Source: a virus (Duplodnaviria; Caudoviricetes). Taken from it: a stretch of DNA of 64,000 nucleotides. The stretch's first letter is position 1, and each line of letters begins with the position of its first letter. The notes beneath the pieces are model-generated. The model was not told the DNA's origin, ran no database searches, and was given only the letters and a program-made list of their open reading frames with translations. Positions 12,701 to 19,133 of the stretch are shown piece after piece. The stretch lies in IMG/VR virus record IMGVR_UViG_3300027759_000044. The stretch is one strand, 5' to 3'. The translations under genes and the position numbers were made by a program.

Positions 12701-13298
12701 ACGGGTCACCATTTGCGTATAAAATATTATCCGTTTTTATAGTATCAGTAGTAGTGTTGCCTTGAACTGTAATACCATCTGATTTGATAACAACTACATT
12801 AGCTGTTCCATTAACACCGGCTGTTATGTTTCCATTAAAATCTGCAATGACTACATTACTTTGACCATTACTGATTGCTGAACCAGAGCCAGGTGGTGAC
12901 CATTGTAGTAAACCATTTCCATCAGTTGATAGTAAATACCCAGTACTACCGCCGGTAATAGTAACATTAGATACTGGTCCTAAATTACTTAACCCAGTGA
13001 CATCTATGTTTGGAACTGTAACTAAATTTGTTACATCGTTAAATGTTAAATTTGAACTACCAGCAAATAATCCATCATTACTATATTGAATACTAGTATT
13101 AGGACCTTGTGGGTTTCCACCAGCATTGAACGGTCTTCCATTGGCATAAAAGTAGTTTCCAGCATATACATTAGCGGCTGCAACATTACCAGATGTGACT
13201 AATACGTTAGTAACTACATTGCCATTGGCATCAATTACTGGTACAGGTGGAATACCTACTGAGTACCCACCTAACGAATTAAATTTATCTGCTGACAT
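6723..13298 (-). CDS. Large fibre or adhesin-like virion protein with PKD-type domains (2191 aa)
   Basis: N-terminal FNSLGGYSVG, an N/G-rich stalk, a second copy of the 153-aa DAATKxYVD domain, then PKD signatures YLWDFGDGTTS, YTINYGDG, YRWGDG and WTWGD. Confidence 0.75.
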   Translation of the reverse strand: MSADKFNSLGGYSVGIPPVPVIDANGNVVTNVLVTSGNVAAANVYAGNYFYANGRPFNAGGNPQGPNTSIQYSNDGLFAGSSNLTFNDVTNLVTVPNIDVTGLSNLGPVSNVTITGGSTGYLLSTDGNGLLQWSPPGSGSAISNGQSNVVIADFNGNITAGVNGTANVVVIKSDGITVQGNTTTDTIKTDNILYANGDPYIFTTNAAGSNTQVQFNNSNAFGASANFTFNNTTKTLAVTNITGNGSGLTSITGANVTGQVANSLVAGTVYTNAQPNITSIGNLTSLTVTGNLTSDNANLGNLVTANYVNVSGNINVVNTANVGNLRTNNLLYSNGSPWDLGGNPAGNNTQIQFNDNSEFGASANFTFNNTTNLLTVLGNTQFNNANLGNLATANYVNVAYQINGNTANLSGNLTAGNANLGNVVRANFFIGSGNNLSNIQGANVSGAVANANYANIAGTAYSVNVANVSGIGNIATINLDGNVSNVLYGDGTWAGIDANFANFAGQVTDSNQPNIHTLGNLTDLTVGDTTSNVVIVDGNINATGNITASNFIGRLANGSSYIEIPTTDGNITLTANGNTTLTVTEFDLTVTGDLLPSSNLTYNLGSPTQRWKDLYVSGNTIDLNGSTISSGPDGIALTNPLGGTFTVIGTGNSNTASILNGSSSIIIDANSNVNISVDTVSNVVVISSGGLLVNGNANITNKLDVGETIVALGNITGANLNTSNGVYATTANITANLTSGNADLGNLALANYVNVAYDLNGNIATFIGNLTSANANLGNLATANYVNVAEHLNANTANITANLTSGNANLGNLVTSNYANIAFDLTGNTANFIGNANVGNLGTNNFIATGTGSFSGNVNMNSQNITSLAEPVNNQDAATKGYVDAVAQGLDPKASVTYASSTSLPAYTYNNGSSGVGATITATSNGALELDSGSPVVNSRVLIKNETGANDPYNGIYVVTDTGSVSSVFVLTRSNDFDNGSPSGEIPGAFTFVEYGTINADTGWVCTTNSPVVMGTTPIIFVQFSGAGSYTAGTGLTLIGNQFNISNTAVTPNTYGGSDTVATFTVNQQGQLTAASNVTITANAANLSGTSLNSNIITSNLTSVGNLTGLTSIGTVNFSNTANVALGSVSNVHIGGGTAGYLLGTDGTGNLTWIGGGNISGVIGNSIILGTPTDGDLTTNVAYNGWTTGTYVTDGLDDLNQVSLNIAGNTFVGNIYIGANTTSGPSPITVAFNGYYIGNPTNYLWDFGDGTTSTLRNPTKTYSNTSGGQFTVTFTAYNVNGTYGGNAANGAKGSTATSTNTNYITLYTPLPIPSFTTTPTSLDTGSNVTLTNTSLYATSYTINYGDGNSAVNPGNSWTTNTHRYINSANVDTIYGINLTGTNQTAGNAPPYSVTTANTNVKVYSPQSPAFSANATSTINYLATSGGVISFRNDTPGSPGNTASFGAQQLYNYRWGDGTANSNINIQTGLAGNPGAANITHAFALSSVQQNAATTVSYVTNLSLYTGYSTSPFISSNITITVEPEVRANFTGTANTQTDATGYTSNAQVGYLFTDYLGRDRSLFNFSNDTSPNVNFTGNVFNWTWGDTTSNTGLTSRANITHSYLNDYGSPTIGGKTVALQANGTPGTTLQSNTNTKTNYITILANPTAPANLSSFTNVTIATSSQGTSPLLAAGAADNTGGNILANGTAVTRIATTTPVSTSTQVTNANTSLTGTLTAYVNNTASGNTSFSNVGNAVGTYSSLIVSADRDLHVANAAVPTGFYKVFSATISNTLASLGNGYNDFQLRHSTTGNTNTIGMVKDNLNSAPSLITTNTIMVTATAGTYRYISGIPYYSATGSPAITVANLELQNFTGQTFRSADPFTVASGTSYEGSGSVIATQTKTLAQIDNSANSMLTGSNVKANIGISTNYSMGNMNVLLNGAVNGVSTLAANIFNVVGTSTTIQLPTKIQMYAGANSGFNEANIPANVASNTQPAIRVVLSTAGNTPAFSGSTNYYTSNAWTGAQTIAGTPEAVVRYGVLKHYAVNLSTGYLPIGPDLATGRSGLQYFTFAFVRPSLANFDVILTTGSTGISGLWVAAPGTSIDTGGFGANVPGNPGPTSTINGWLTGYEQYNGAGVPGNSNTGGNPAGTNGCALTGADVIPLNTQISNVRYTMTLGSQNASRSFGNNILIRIALASGQTITDLQIGVET

Positions 13299-13325
13299 CT
13301 AGTATCCTGAATAATAGTTATTATA

Positions 13326-13332
13326 TATTTAT
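13326..13332 (-). promoter_or_regulatory. Late promoter ATAAATA
   Basis: Motif 27 nt upstream of ATG 13298; CAGGA SD-like sequence before the start. Confidence 0.7.
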
Positions 13333-13383
13333 CTTTTCCTAGTTGGTAAAAAGCACAAAAAAAGCACCCTGGAAATCTTTTTT

Positions 13384-13390
13384 CTAAATA
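13384..13390 (+). promoter_or_regulatory. Late promoter CTAAATA (leaderless arrangement)
   Basis: CTAAATA-CACT-ATG at 13395; no SD. Confidence 0.6.
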
Positions 13391-13394
13391 CACT

Positions 13395-13760
13395 ATGCTC
13401 ACACGACAACAACCAAGACCACTCTGCGAAAATTGTAAAGTAACACTATCAAAAAGTAATGGTACTAGCAAACATGGCTTTAAGAAGTGGCACAGATATT
13501 GTGTTGAATGTAGTAAAGCCGCATACAATCCAAAACATGGTTATCTATTACATAAGAAAAACAAATGTGAAAAGTGTGGATTTATACCAGAAGATAAATG
13601 CCAACTTGACATTGTATATAAAGATAACAATAAAAAGAACAAAGAGAAAACTAATTTGAAAACTCTATGTGCTAACTGTAATAGAGTGTATCAAAAAAAG
13701 TTAAAAGAAAAACGTAAAAGTATATTAGATATCACAGTTGATACTGACTATACTTTATAA
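13395..13760 (+). CDS. Zn-binding HNH-like protein with a degenerate active site
   Basis: Four CxxC pairs (CENC, CVEC, CEKC, CANC). CEKCGF...CQLDIVYKDNN...NLKTLCANCN aligns to the phage HNH pattern CxxCGF...QLDVDHIDG...NLxTLCANCH. Confidence 0.65.
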   Translation: MLTRQQPRPLCENCKVTLSKSNGTSKHGFKKWHRYCVECSKAAYNPKHGYLLHKKNKCEKCGFIPEDKCQLDIVYKDNNKKNKEKTNLKTLCANCNRVYQKKLKEKRKSILDITVDTDYTL

Positions 13761-13771
13761 GTAGATTGTTT

Positions 13772-14680
13772 TTAAGTGTAACCGTAACTTGCGGCTGCTA
13801 ATCCGTTTCTAACAGTACCCACACCTGTAGTATCTGTGGCAACTACTCCGGTATTTGATACTAGATTGGTTATTGATAGTGCGGTCGGGTAAGTAGTAAA
13901 TCCATATCCAAAGATAGCAGTATCAATTCCATATCCTGCAGCCGCAAGTTGTTGTCTATCAGTACCAACTCCTGTTGTATTAGTAGCAACTACACCTGTG
14001 TTTGATACTAGATTGGTTATTGATGTTGGGCCAGATCCATATCCAAAAATAGCTTTATCTGTGCCATACCTAGCTGCGGCTAGCCATTCTCTAGCAGTAC
14101 CTACACCTGTAGTATCTGTAGCTACTACACCTGTATTTGATACTAGGTTGGTCATTGATGCCGAGCCGCTACCATATCCAAATATTGCTTTATCGGTACT
14201 ATACCCGGCAGCTGATAATCCATATCTAGCAGTACCAACTCCTGTAACATCATTACCAACTACGCCGGTGTTTGATACTAGGTTGGTTAATGACAGTAAA
14301 CCGGTATTATATCCATATCCAAATATAGCTTTGTCTGTTCCGTATGTTGCAGCACTAGGGCCAAATCTTACAGTACCAACACCGGTTACATCATTGCCTA
14401 CAACACCGATATTTGTTACTAGATTGGTTATTGCTGTATATGCAGGACCGGTATCTCCGTATCCAAATATAGCTTTATCACCTCCATAGCCTGCGGCAGC
14501 TAATTGCAATCTAGCTGTACCTACCCCAGTAGTATCTGTAGCAACAACACCGGTAGCTGATACTAAATTAGTAATAGCTGTTGCCGGTTGACCATATCCA
14601 AATATAGCCTTATTACCTGCCGGTGGAGCTGGTGGCTCAATACTAACCCCACCACTTATTGTCATTCCGCTAAAGTCCAT
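13772..14680 (-). CDS. Six-repeat beta-propeller-like (Kelch-type) protein, probably virion-associated
   Basis: Six ~45-48 aa repeats KAIFGYG-x-TNLVSNTGVVATDTTGVGTxRxxLAAAxYG after a short GMTISGGVSI leader; has its own late promoter and SD. Confidence 0.7.
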   Translation of the reverse strand: MDFSGMTISGGVSIEPPAPPAGNKAIFGYGQPATAITNLVSATGVVATDTTGVGTARLQLAAAGYGGDKAIFGYGDTGPAYTAITNLVTNIGVVGNDVTGVGTVRFGPSAATYGTDKAIFGYGYNTGLLSLTNLVSNTGVVGNDVTGVGTARYGLSAAGYSTDKAIFGYGSGSASMTNLVSNTGVVATDTTGVGTAREWLAAARYGTDKAIFGYGSGPTSITNLVSNTGVVATNTTGVGTDRQQLAAAGYGIDTAIFGYGFTTYPTALSITNLVSNTGVVATDTTGVGTVRNGLAAASYGYT

Positions 14681-14699
14681 AATATGTTATCCTTTAACA

Positions 14700-14706
14700 T
14701 ATTTAT
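14700..14706 (-). promoter_or_regulatory. Late promoter ATAAATA
   Basis: GATAAATA then AAAGGA SD before ATG 14680. Confidence 0.7.
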
Positions 14707-14724
14707 CAAAAAATCATAGCCAAC

Positions 14725-14748
14725 AAAAAAGCACTACGAATAGTGCTT
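14725..14748 (-). terminator. Intrinsic terminator
   Basis: Minus strand AAGCACTA-TTCG-TAGTGCTT followed by a T run. Confidence 0.85.
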
Positions 14749-14779
14749 GATTGTAACTTCCCATCCCATTGAGATATTG

Positions 14780-14786
14780 TATTTAT
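14780..14786 (-). promoter_or_regulatory. Orphan late promoter ATAAATA
   Basis: Same 12-mer TAGCATAAATAC as at 3979-3990, but followed by a terminator about 30 nt downstream. Confidence 0.55.
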
Positions 14787-14801
14787 GCTAGTTTACGCTT
14801 T

Positions 14802-15227
14802 TTACGAACTCCAACTATATGCACCGTTCTTATTTTGAATACCTACATCAGGTGATGCAAATGTTATGTGTGTACCTTTACCATAACCGAATGACTTATG
14901 TAGGGCTTTACCAAACTTAGTAAAGCAAAACTGTTTTTCTCCTGGCATCCATGTATCATCAAATAATAACACTTCAAGTTGCATTAGTACATGCGACATT
15001 GGAATTTTATCATCTTCTAAGTCTTTTGATAATACTACTAAGTAGGCGTGTTGTTTTTTGTCGTTTTCAATGTAAATTCTAGTTAGCCCGTCGTATGACC
15101 ATTTACCAGGATTAATCCCATCAATTTCCCATTTTAATATATTTTCAATTTCAGGATGCACCCATTCTAACTTTTCAAACTGAATAAGCACTGGGGTAAT
15201 CATTTCATATGTGACTTGTTTTTTCAT
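14802..15227 (-). CDS. Hypothetical protein (141 aa)
   Basis: Clean ORF co-oriented with its neighbours; no recognisable motif. Confidence 0.65.
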   Translation of the reverse strand: MKKQVTYEMITPVLIQFEKLEWVHPEIENILKWEIDGINPGKWSYDGLTRIYIENDKKQHAYLVVLSKDLEDDKIPMSHVLMQLEVLLFDDTWMPGEKQFCFTKFGKALHKSFGYGKGTHITFASPDVGIQNKNGAYSWSS

Positions 15228-15287
15228 TTTACAATAATACGGTTGTTAATCAGTAGTCATACTAACACTTATTACTGGTATTGTCAG

Positions 15288-16031
15288 CTATTTTGGGTAA
15301 ACATATATACGCTGTTGCTGACAATTGGGTCCGTGACCATACATCTTGTAATGACTTTCTCTCATTGTTTTACCGCATACTTCACATGTTTTCATTACTT
15401 TGTTCTTTTCTTTGGTCTCACTTATTTTTTGTTTCTGCTTCTCATCCATTGGAATATTTTTGTTTTTAGCAGTTTTTCCTTTTTTAGCTTTACTAATATT
15501 CTCTGCTCTTTCTTTGGTACAACCTTTACCGAACATAGGATTATTACTACCAGATTTAGCTTTGGACATTTTTTTACGGTAGGCTTGCGTTCTTATACCT
15601 TTTTTCTTACCAATATTTGACTTACTAAGTTTGTCTTTGTGGTCTGTTGTTTTGGGTTTATCTTTATGTGTTTCACTAATCTTTTTAGCACCTGCTTCAG
15701 TAAGTATTTTTTTACCGGCTATATTCCCGTTCAACCATTTATCTTGTCGTTCTAATACACGACTGCGAGTTAGTACTCTTGTTTCCCAGTCTGCCATTTC
15801 TTCCACAGTGTCAAAGGTTCTGCGTATTTCATATTCAAAGGCTTCTTTACCTTCAGCTTTAATAATGTTATTGATATTCACACTACTAGTGGTGTAATGT
15901 TTCCAAAAATCTTCTTTAGGAGTTCTGTTCAGTGTAGTGAAGTTTTTACATCTACTTCCGTAATATACTTTACCTGTTGTTTTATGTTTCACAAGATAGG
16001 TGTAAGGTTTTACTTTGTTTATTTCTTTCAT
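15288..16031 (-). CDS. Free-standing GIY-YIG (Seg-like) homing endonuclease with NUMOD3-type repeats
   Basis: PYTYLVKHKTTGKVYYGSR (GIY-YIG variant), YTTSS, EIRRTF, then repeated basic KxKMSKAKxG/NNPMFGK motifs and a C-terminal CEVCGK...HGPNC Zn motif. Confidence 0.9.
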   Translation of the reverse strand: MKEINKVKPYTYLVKHKTTGKVYYGSRCKNFTTLNRTPKEDFWKHYTTSSVNINNIIKAEGKEAFEYEIRRTFDTVEEMADWETRVLTRSRVLERQDKWLNGNIAGKKILTEAGAKKISETHKDKPKTTDHKDKLSKSNIGKKKGIRTQAYRKKMSKAKSGSNNPMFGKGCTKERAENISKAKKGKTAKNKNIPMDEKQKQKISETKEKNKVMKTCEVCGKTMRESHYKMYGHGPNCQQQRIYVYPK

Positions 16032-16036
16032 ACTAC

Positions 16037-16043
16037 TATTTAT
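16037..16043 (-). promoter_or_regulatory. Late promoter ATAAATA (leaderless arrangement)
   Basis: GATAAATA-GTAGT-ATG at 16031. Confidence 0.7.
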
Positions 16044-16076
16044 CTGTACCGCAACATCACCTATTTTTCATGAGGT

Positions 16077-16106
16077 AAAAAAAAAACGCACCGAAGTGCG
16101 TTTTTT
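16077..16106 (-). terminator. Intrinsic terminator after the major capsid gene (bidirectional)
   Basis: AAAAAACGCAC-TTCG-GTGCGT plus a long T run; C(UUCG)G tetraloop typical of T4-like terminators. Confidence 0.9.
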
Positions 16107-16146
16107 GATTTGATAACATCTGAAAGATATTAGCGTGTACTGAATT

Positions 16147-17343
16147 TCACTGAAAGGTGAGATTTTGTACGGCTATTTCTCCCACGTAATCGGCAGCATT
16201 ACCGAAAGAACTTGCGGTGTTGGTTAATTCAATGTACCCGTAACGTGTCATAAATGATACGACTGGTTCGAATGTTGATGGATCTAGAACAACACCACTG
16301 CTCATCAATGGAATGTATGGGCAATAGAATGCGGCTGCATCAGTCTCTGAAGAACCTTTATAACCAACCAATACTGGAATAGTATCTGCGGCATAAGAGT
16401 CAACGAACACACGCATAGCGCCGTTCAATGTACCAACGAACTTAGTGTTAGTTGGAGCTTCGAATGTACCTTCTGTAGTACGAGCAAAAGCACTAGTAGT
16501 TGCAGACTGTAGAACAGTTAGTGCAGCACTAGAAACAACAGCCCAGTTACCAGCACCACGACGTGTGCGTTGTGCGATCAAGTTAGCAACACGATTGATA
16601 AGAACAGCTAGTGCAGCGTGTTCGTCACCAACGTAAGTAGCTGTACCAGATACAGTAGCTTGGTTGTATGTATACTCTGTACTTGCTAGAGTACGCAATG
16701 ACAAGAGAATCTCTTGGTCGATCTCAGCAGTAATTTCTTGTGCTAGAGCGGCCATGATTTCTGCCTCAACGTCAATACCATGTTGGCTTTGAGCGTCTTG
16801 AGCAGCTTCGAATGTCCAGCGAGCTTGTAACTTACGTGATTTAGCTTCAACAGCTTGACGTAGAATTTGAACGCTGATTTGCTTACCACCGTTGCCTTCA
16901 AGGGCAGCAGTATCGTTAGCAGTATAATAGCTAGATGTTGTTGCATCACTCTTGCTACGTGAGTAAGCTTGAGCAATCAAGAATGGACTCAATGCCTCTT
17001 GACCAGCTGTAACGCTAGTTTGAGCGGCACTATTGTCTGTTAATGACTGAGCATAACGTACACGTAGTGTGTGAATTTGACCAACTGGTCCTGTCATTGG
17101 CTGAACGCCTACCAATTCGTTAGCGATAACGGTTGGCATGACACGACGAATAACTGGAAGAATCACACGGTTTAGTGTAGCGATATTACCAGATGTTGTA
17201 GTACCGGCTGAAGATTCAGCTAGTAACTGTTTTTTGGTGTTTTCTAAAATAACACCCATTGTTGAACGGCGAGTTCCTTTTAAGCCTTCTAACAGAGCTT
17301 CTTTGGTCTCGTCCCAACGGCTTTCTAAGAGTACTTTTGACAT
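16147..17343 (-). CDS. gp23: Major capsid protein, T4 gp23-like
   Basis: VIRRVMPTVIANELVGVQPMTGPVG, VEAKSRKLQARWTFEAAQD, EITAEIDQEIL, DAAAFYCPYIPL, FEPVVSFMTRYG; follows the scaffold gene; AGGAGA SD. Confidence 0.97.
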   Translation of the reverse strand: MSKVLLESRWDETKEALLEGLKGTRRSTMGVILENTKKQLLAESSAGTTTSGNIATLNRVILPVIRRVMPTVIANELVGVQPMTGPVGQIHTLRVRYAQSLTDNSAAQTSVTAGQEALSPFLIAQAYSRSKSDATTSSYYTANDTAALEGNGGKQISVQILRQAVEAKSRKLQARWTFEAAQDAQSQHGIDVEAEIMAALAQEITAEIDQEILLSLRTLASTEYTYNQATVSGTATYVGDEHAALAVLINRVANLIAQRTRRGAGNWAVVSSAALTVLQSATTSAFARTTEGTFEAPTNTKFVGTLNGAMRVFVDSYAADTIPVLVGYKGSSETDAAAFYCPYIPLMSSGVVLDPSTFEPVVSFMTRYGYIELTNTASSFGNAADYVGEIAVQNLTFQ

Positions 17344-17371
17344 TTTTAATTTCTCCTAATGATGTCTTTTT

Positions 17372-18472
17372 TTAAAGCCCTGCCAGACGCTTGATATCGA
17401 TAACGTTATCACGTTGTTCCATATCAACTTCTTGTTTGGCAGCTTTATCCCCAGTTGCTTCTACGATAACTGATTCTGTTAATTTAGCTTTTTGTGCTGG
17501 TTTAACATTACCGTTATTGAGAACTGCTGGAAGATACTTATCGAAAGCGGCTTGTAGACGTGGTGTCTGGACGCTTTCTAGTAAGTTCTGCATTACTGAT
17601 GCCTTTTCTTCGTTCAATGTAGCGAGTAATTCGCTCATTGTTTTTTCACGTAGATTAGACTCTTTAATAATACGAACTTCACGTTCTTTTGATTCAATCA
17701 ACTTCTTAGCGTTGCTGATTGTATTGATGGATTCGGCTAGTTTCTTATCTTTTTCTTCTAGCTGAGTCATTAGTTTGCGAGTTTCTGCTTTCTCACTTAA
17801 GTGAGTGACACTGAATTCACTTGCAAAACTTTCAAAGATACGACGACCAAAACTGTTCTCACGAGCAATTTTGATATCTTCTTTCAATTGACCTAATTCA
17901 CCTTTGAGTTGGCTAGCGACAACCGTAGTCAATCTCTTAGCAGATTCAGCAACAAAACGTGCCTTCAATGCTTCTAATTGTTTACGACCTTCAGCAACTA
18001 ACTTAACCTTAGCTTCTACTACAGCCTGTTTGTCTTGTGTGAATTCTTTAATTTCACGTGCTAAAGCATGAACAATAAATTGTTCTAACTTTTGCTGACT
18101 TTCCATTTGTAGTTTACGCTCACTACGTAGTTCTTTGATTTCTTCAGCTAGTTTAGTAACCATAAAATCATTGAATTTTGTAGCTGATTCACGCAATTTT
18201 TGTTGCGCTATCACACGGTCTTCGTTCATTGCTTGACGTTCAGTTTGAAATTCTTCAATTTCATTCTGTAGTCCTTCACTGACCATTTTATCAAGGGCTT
18301 CTACCATCACGTATCTGTCATGTTCATAACGTTGTGCGAATTCTTCTCTTAATTCTGCACGTACTTGCTCACGAGCCTCATTCAACTTAGATTCCCATGC
18401 CTCATTTATAGCGACACCTGTTTCTTCGTTGATTAATCCACTCTCAAGTAATGGTTTGATAGCATCTAACAT
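17372..18472 (-). CDS. gp22: Prohead core scaffolding protein, gp22-like
   Basis: Glu/Lys-rich coiled coil between protease and capsid genes; AINEAWESKL near the N-terminus and IKRLAGL at the C-terminus. Confidence 0.85.
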   Translation of the reverse strand: MLDAIKPLLESGLINEETGVAINEAWESKLNEAREQVRAELREEFAQRYEHDRYVMVEALDKMVSEGLQNEIEEFQTERQAMNEDRVIAQQKLRESATKFNDFMVTKLAEEIKELRSERKLQMESQQKLEQFIVHALAREIKEFTQDKQAVVEAKVKLVAEGRKQLEALKARFVAESAKRLTTVVASQLKGELGQLKEDIKIARENSFGRRIFESFASEFSVTHLSEKAETRKLMTQLEEKDKKLAESINTISNAKKLIESKEREVRIIKESNLREKTMSELLATLNEEKASVMQNLLESVQTPRLQAAFDKYLPAVLNNGNVKPAQKAKLTESVIVEATGDKAAKQEVDMEQRDNVIDIKRLAGL

Positions 18473-18474
18473 GC

Positions 18475-19119
18475 TTAATCCCCTTTGTTAATTTTGAGAT
18501 CCTTGATAAGACGAACCACTTCATCTTTCAGGTATCTCTGTACCTTCTTGTCGCCCTGCGCATCTTTTGCTAGATCCAACATTCTATGACCATGCTTCAT
18601 ATTCATCATGCCTTCATAGATTGCTTTAGGATAAGCATTGGGTGCACTAGGTTGTGCGACAATATCCACAGTGACTATTTCAAAGTCACTAACTTTGCCG
18701 TCTAAGTCATTCACGTTACCGCTACCACGACTTGAAACGCCGAGTTTCACACCACTCTCCAACATTGTAGACACTAATTGTCCCATTGGAGTTGGTAATA
18801 TTTTTAATTTACCAAAACCATTAGCTCCGTCCATCCACATACTTGTTATCATATGTGATACACGGTCTAAATTAATCTTTAAATCATCTGGGTGATCTAC
18901 TTCACCTAAGACTGAATAGCCTTCTGTAATTTGTCTGTTAAGAGTTTCAACAGCACTTTCAATTTCAGAAACGGGGTAGACACGCTCATTAGCGTTCTTT
19001 ACCCCACCCTGAATGAAGATACCTTTCATATAAAGGCTCTTCAAAGCACCTTCACCCGAGCTTTCAACCACCATACTGGCACGGTCGAAAGTCAGATGCT
19101 CTTTGAGATACAAAGCCAT
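18475..19119 (-). CDS. gp21: Prohead core protease, gp21-like
   Basis: KGIFIQGGVKNANERVYP, LGEVDHP, INLDRVSH, GVSSRGSG, DIVAQPSAPNAY. Confidence 0.95.
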   Translation of the reverse strand: MALYLKEHLTFDRASMVVESSGEGALKSLYMKGIFIQGGVKNANERVYPVSEIESAVETLNRQITEGYSVLGEVDHPDDLKINLDRVSHMITSMWMDGANGFGKLKILPTPMGQLVSTMLESGVKLGVSSRGSGNVNDLDGKVSDFEIVTVDIVAQPSAPNAYPKAIYEGMMNMKHGHRMLDLAKDAQGDKKVQRYLKDEVVRLIKDLKINKGD

Positions 19120-19133
19120 TGCTCTCAGATTCC

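Noticed and set aside
13271..13659. ORFs 13271-13528 (minus) and 13459-13659 (plus)
   Set aside because: They overlap the HNH-like gene and the fibre start and have no motifs or signals.
13772..14680. Regular ~140-nt repeats resembling a CRISPR array or a DGR template/variable pair
   Set aside because: The repeats are in-frame coding units with codon-sized indels; differences are not adenine-specific; no cas or reverse-transcriptase gene is in the window.
15244..15290. Possible sigma70 promoter CTGACA-N18-TAGTAT (minus) for the 141-aa ORF
   Set aside because: Both hexamers and the spacing are off consensus in AT-rich DNA; too weak to call.
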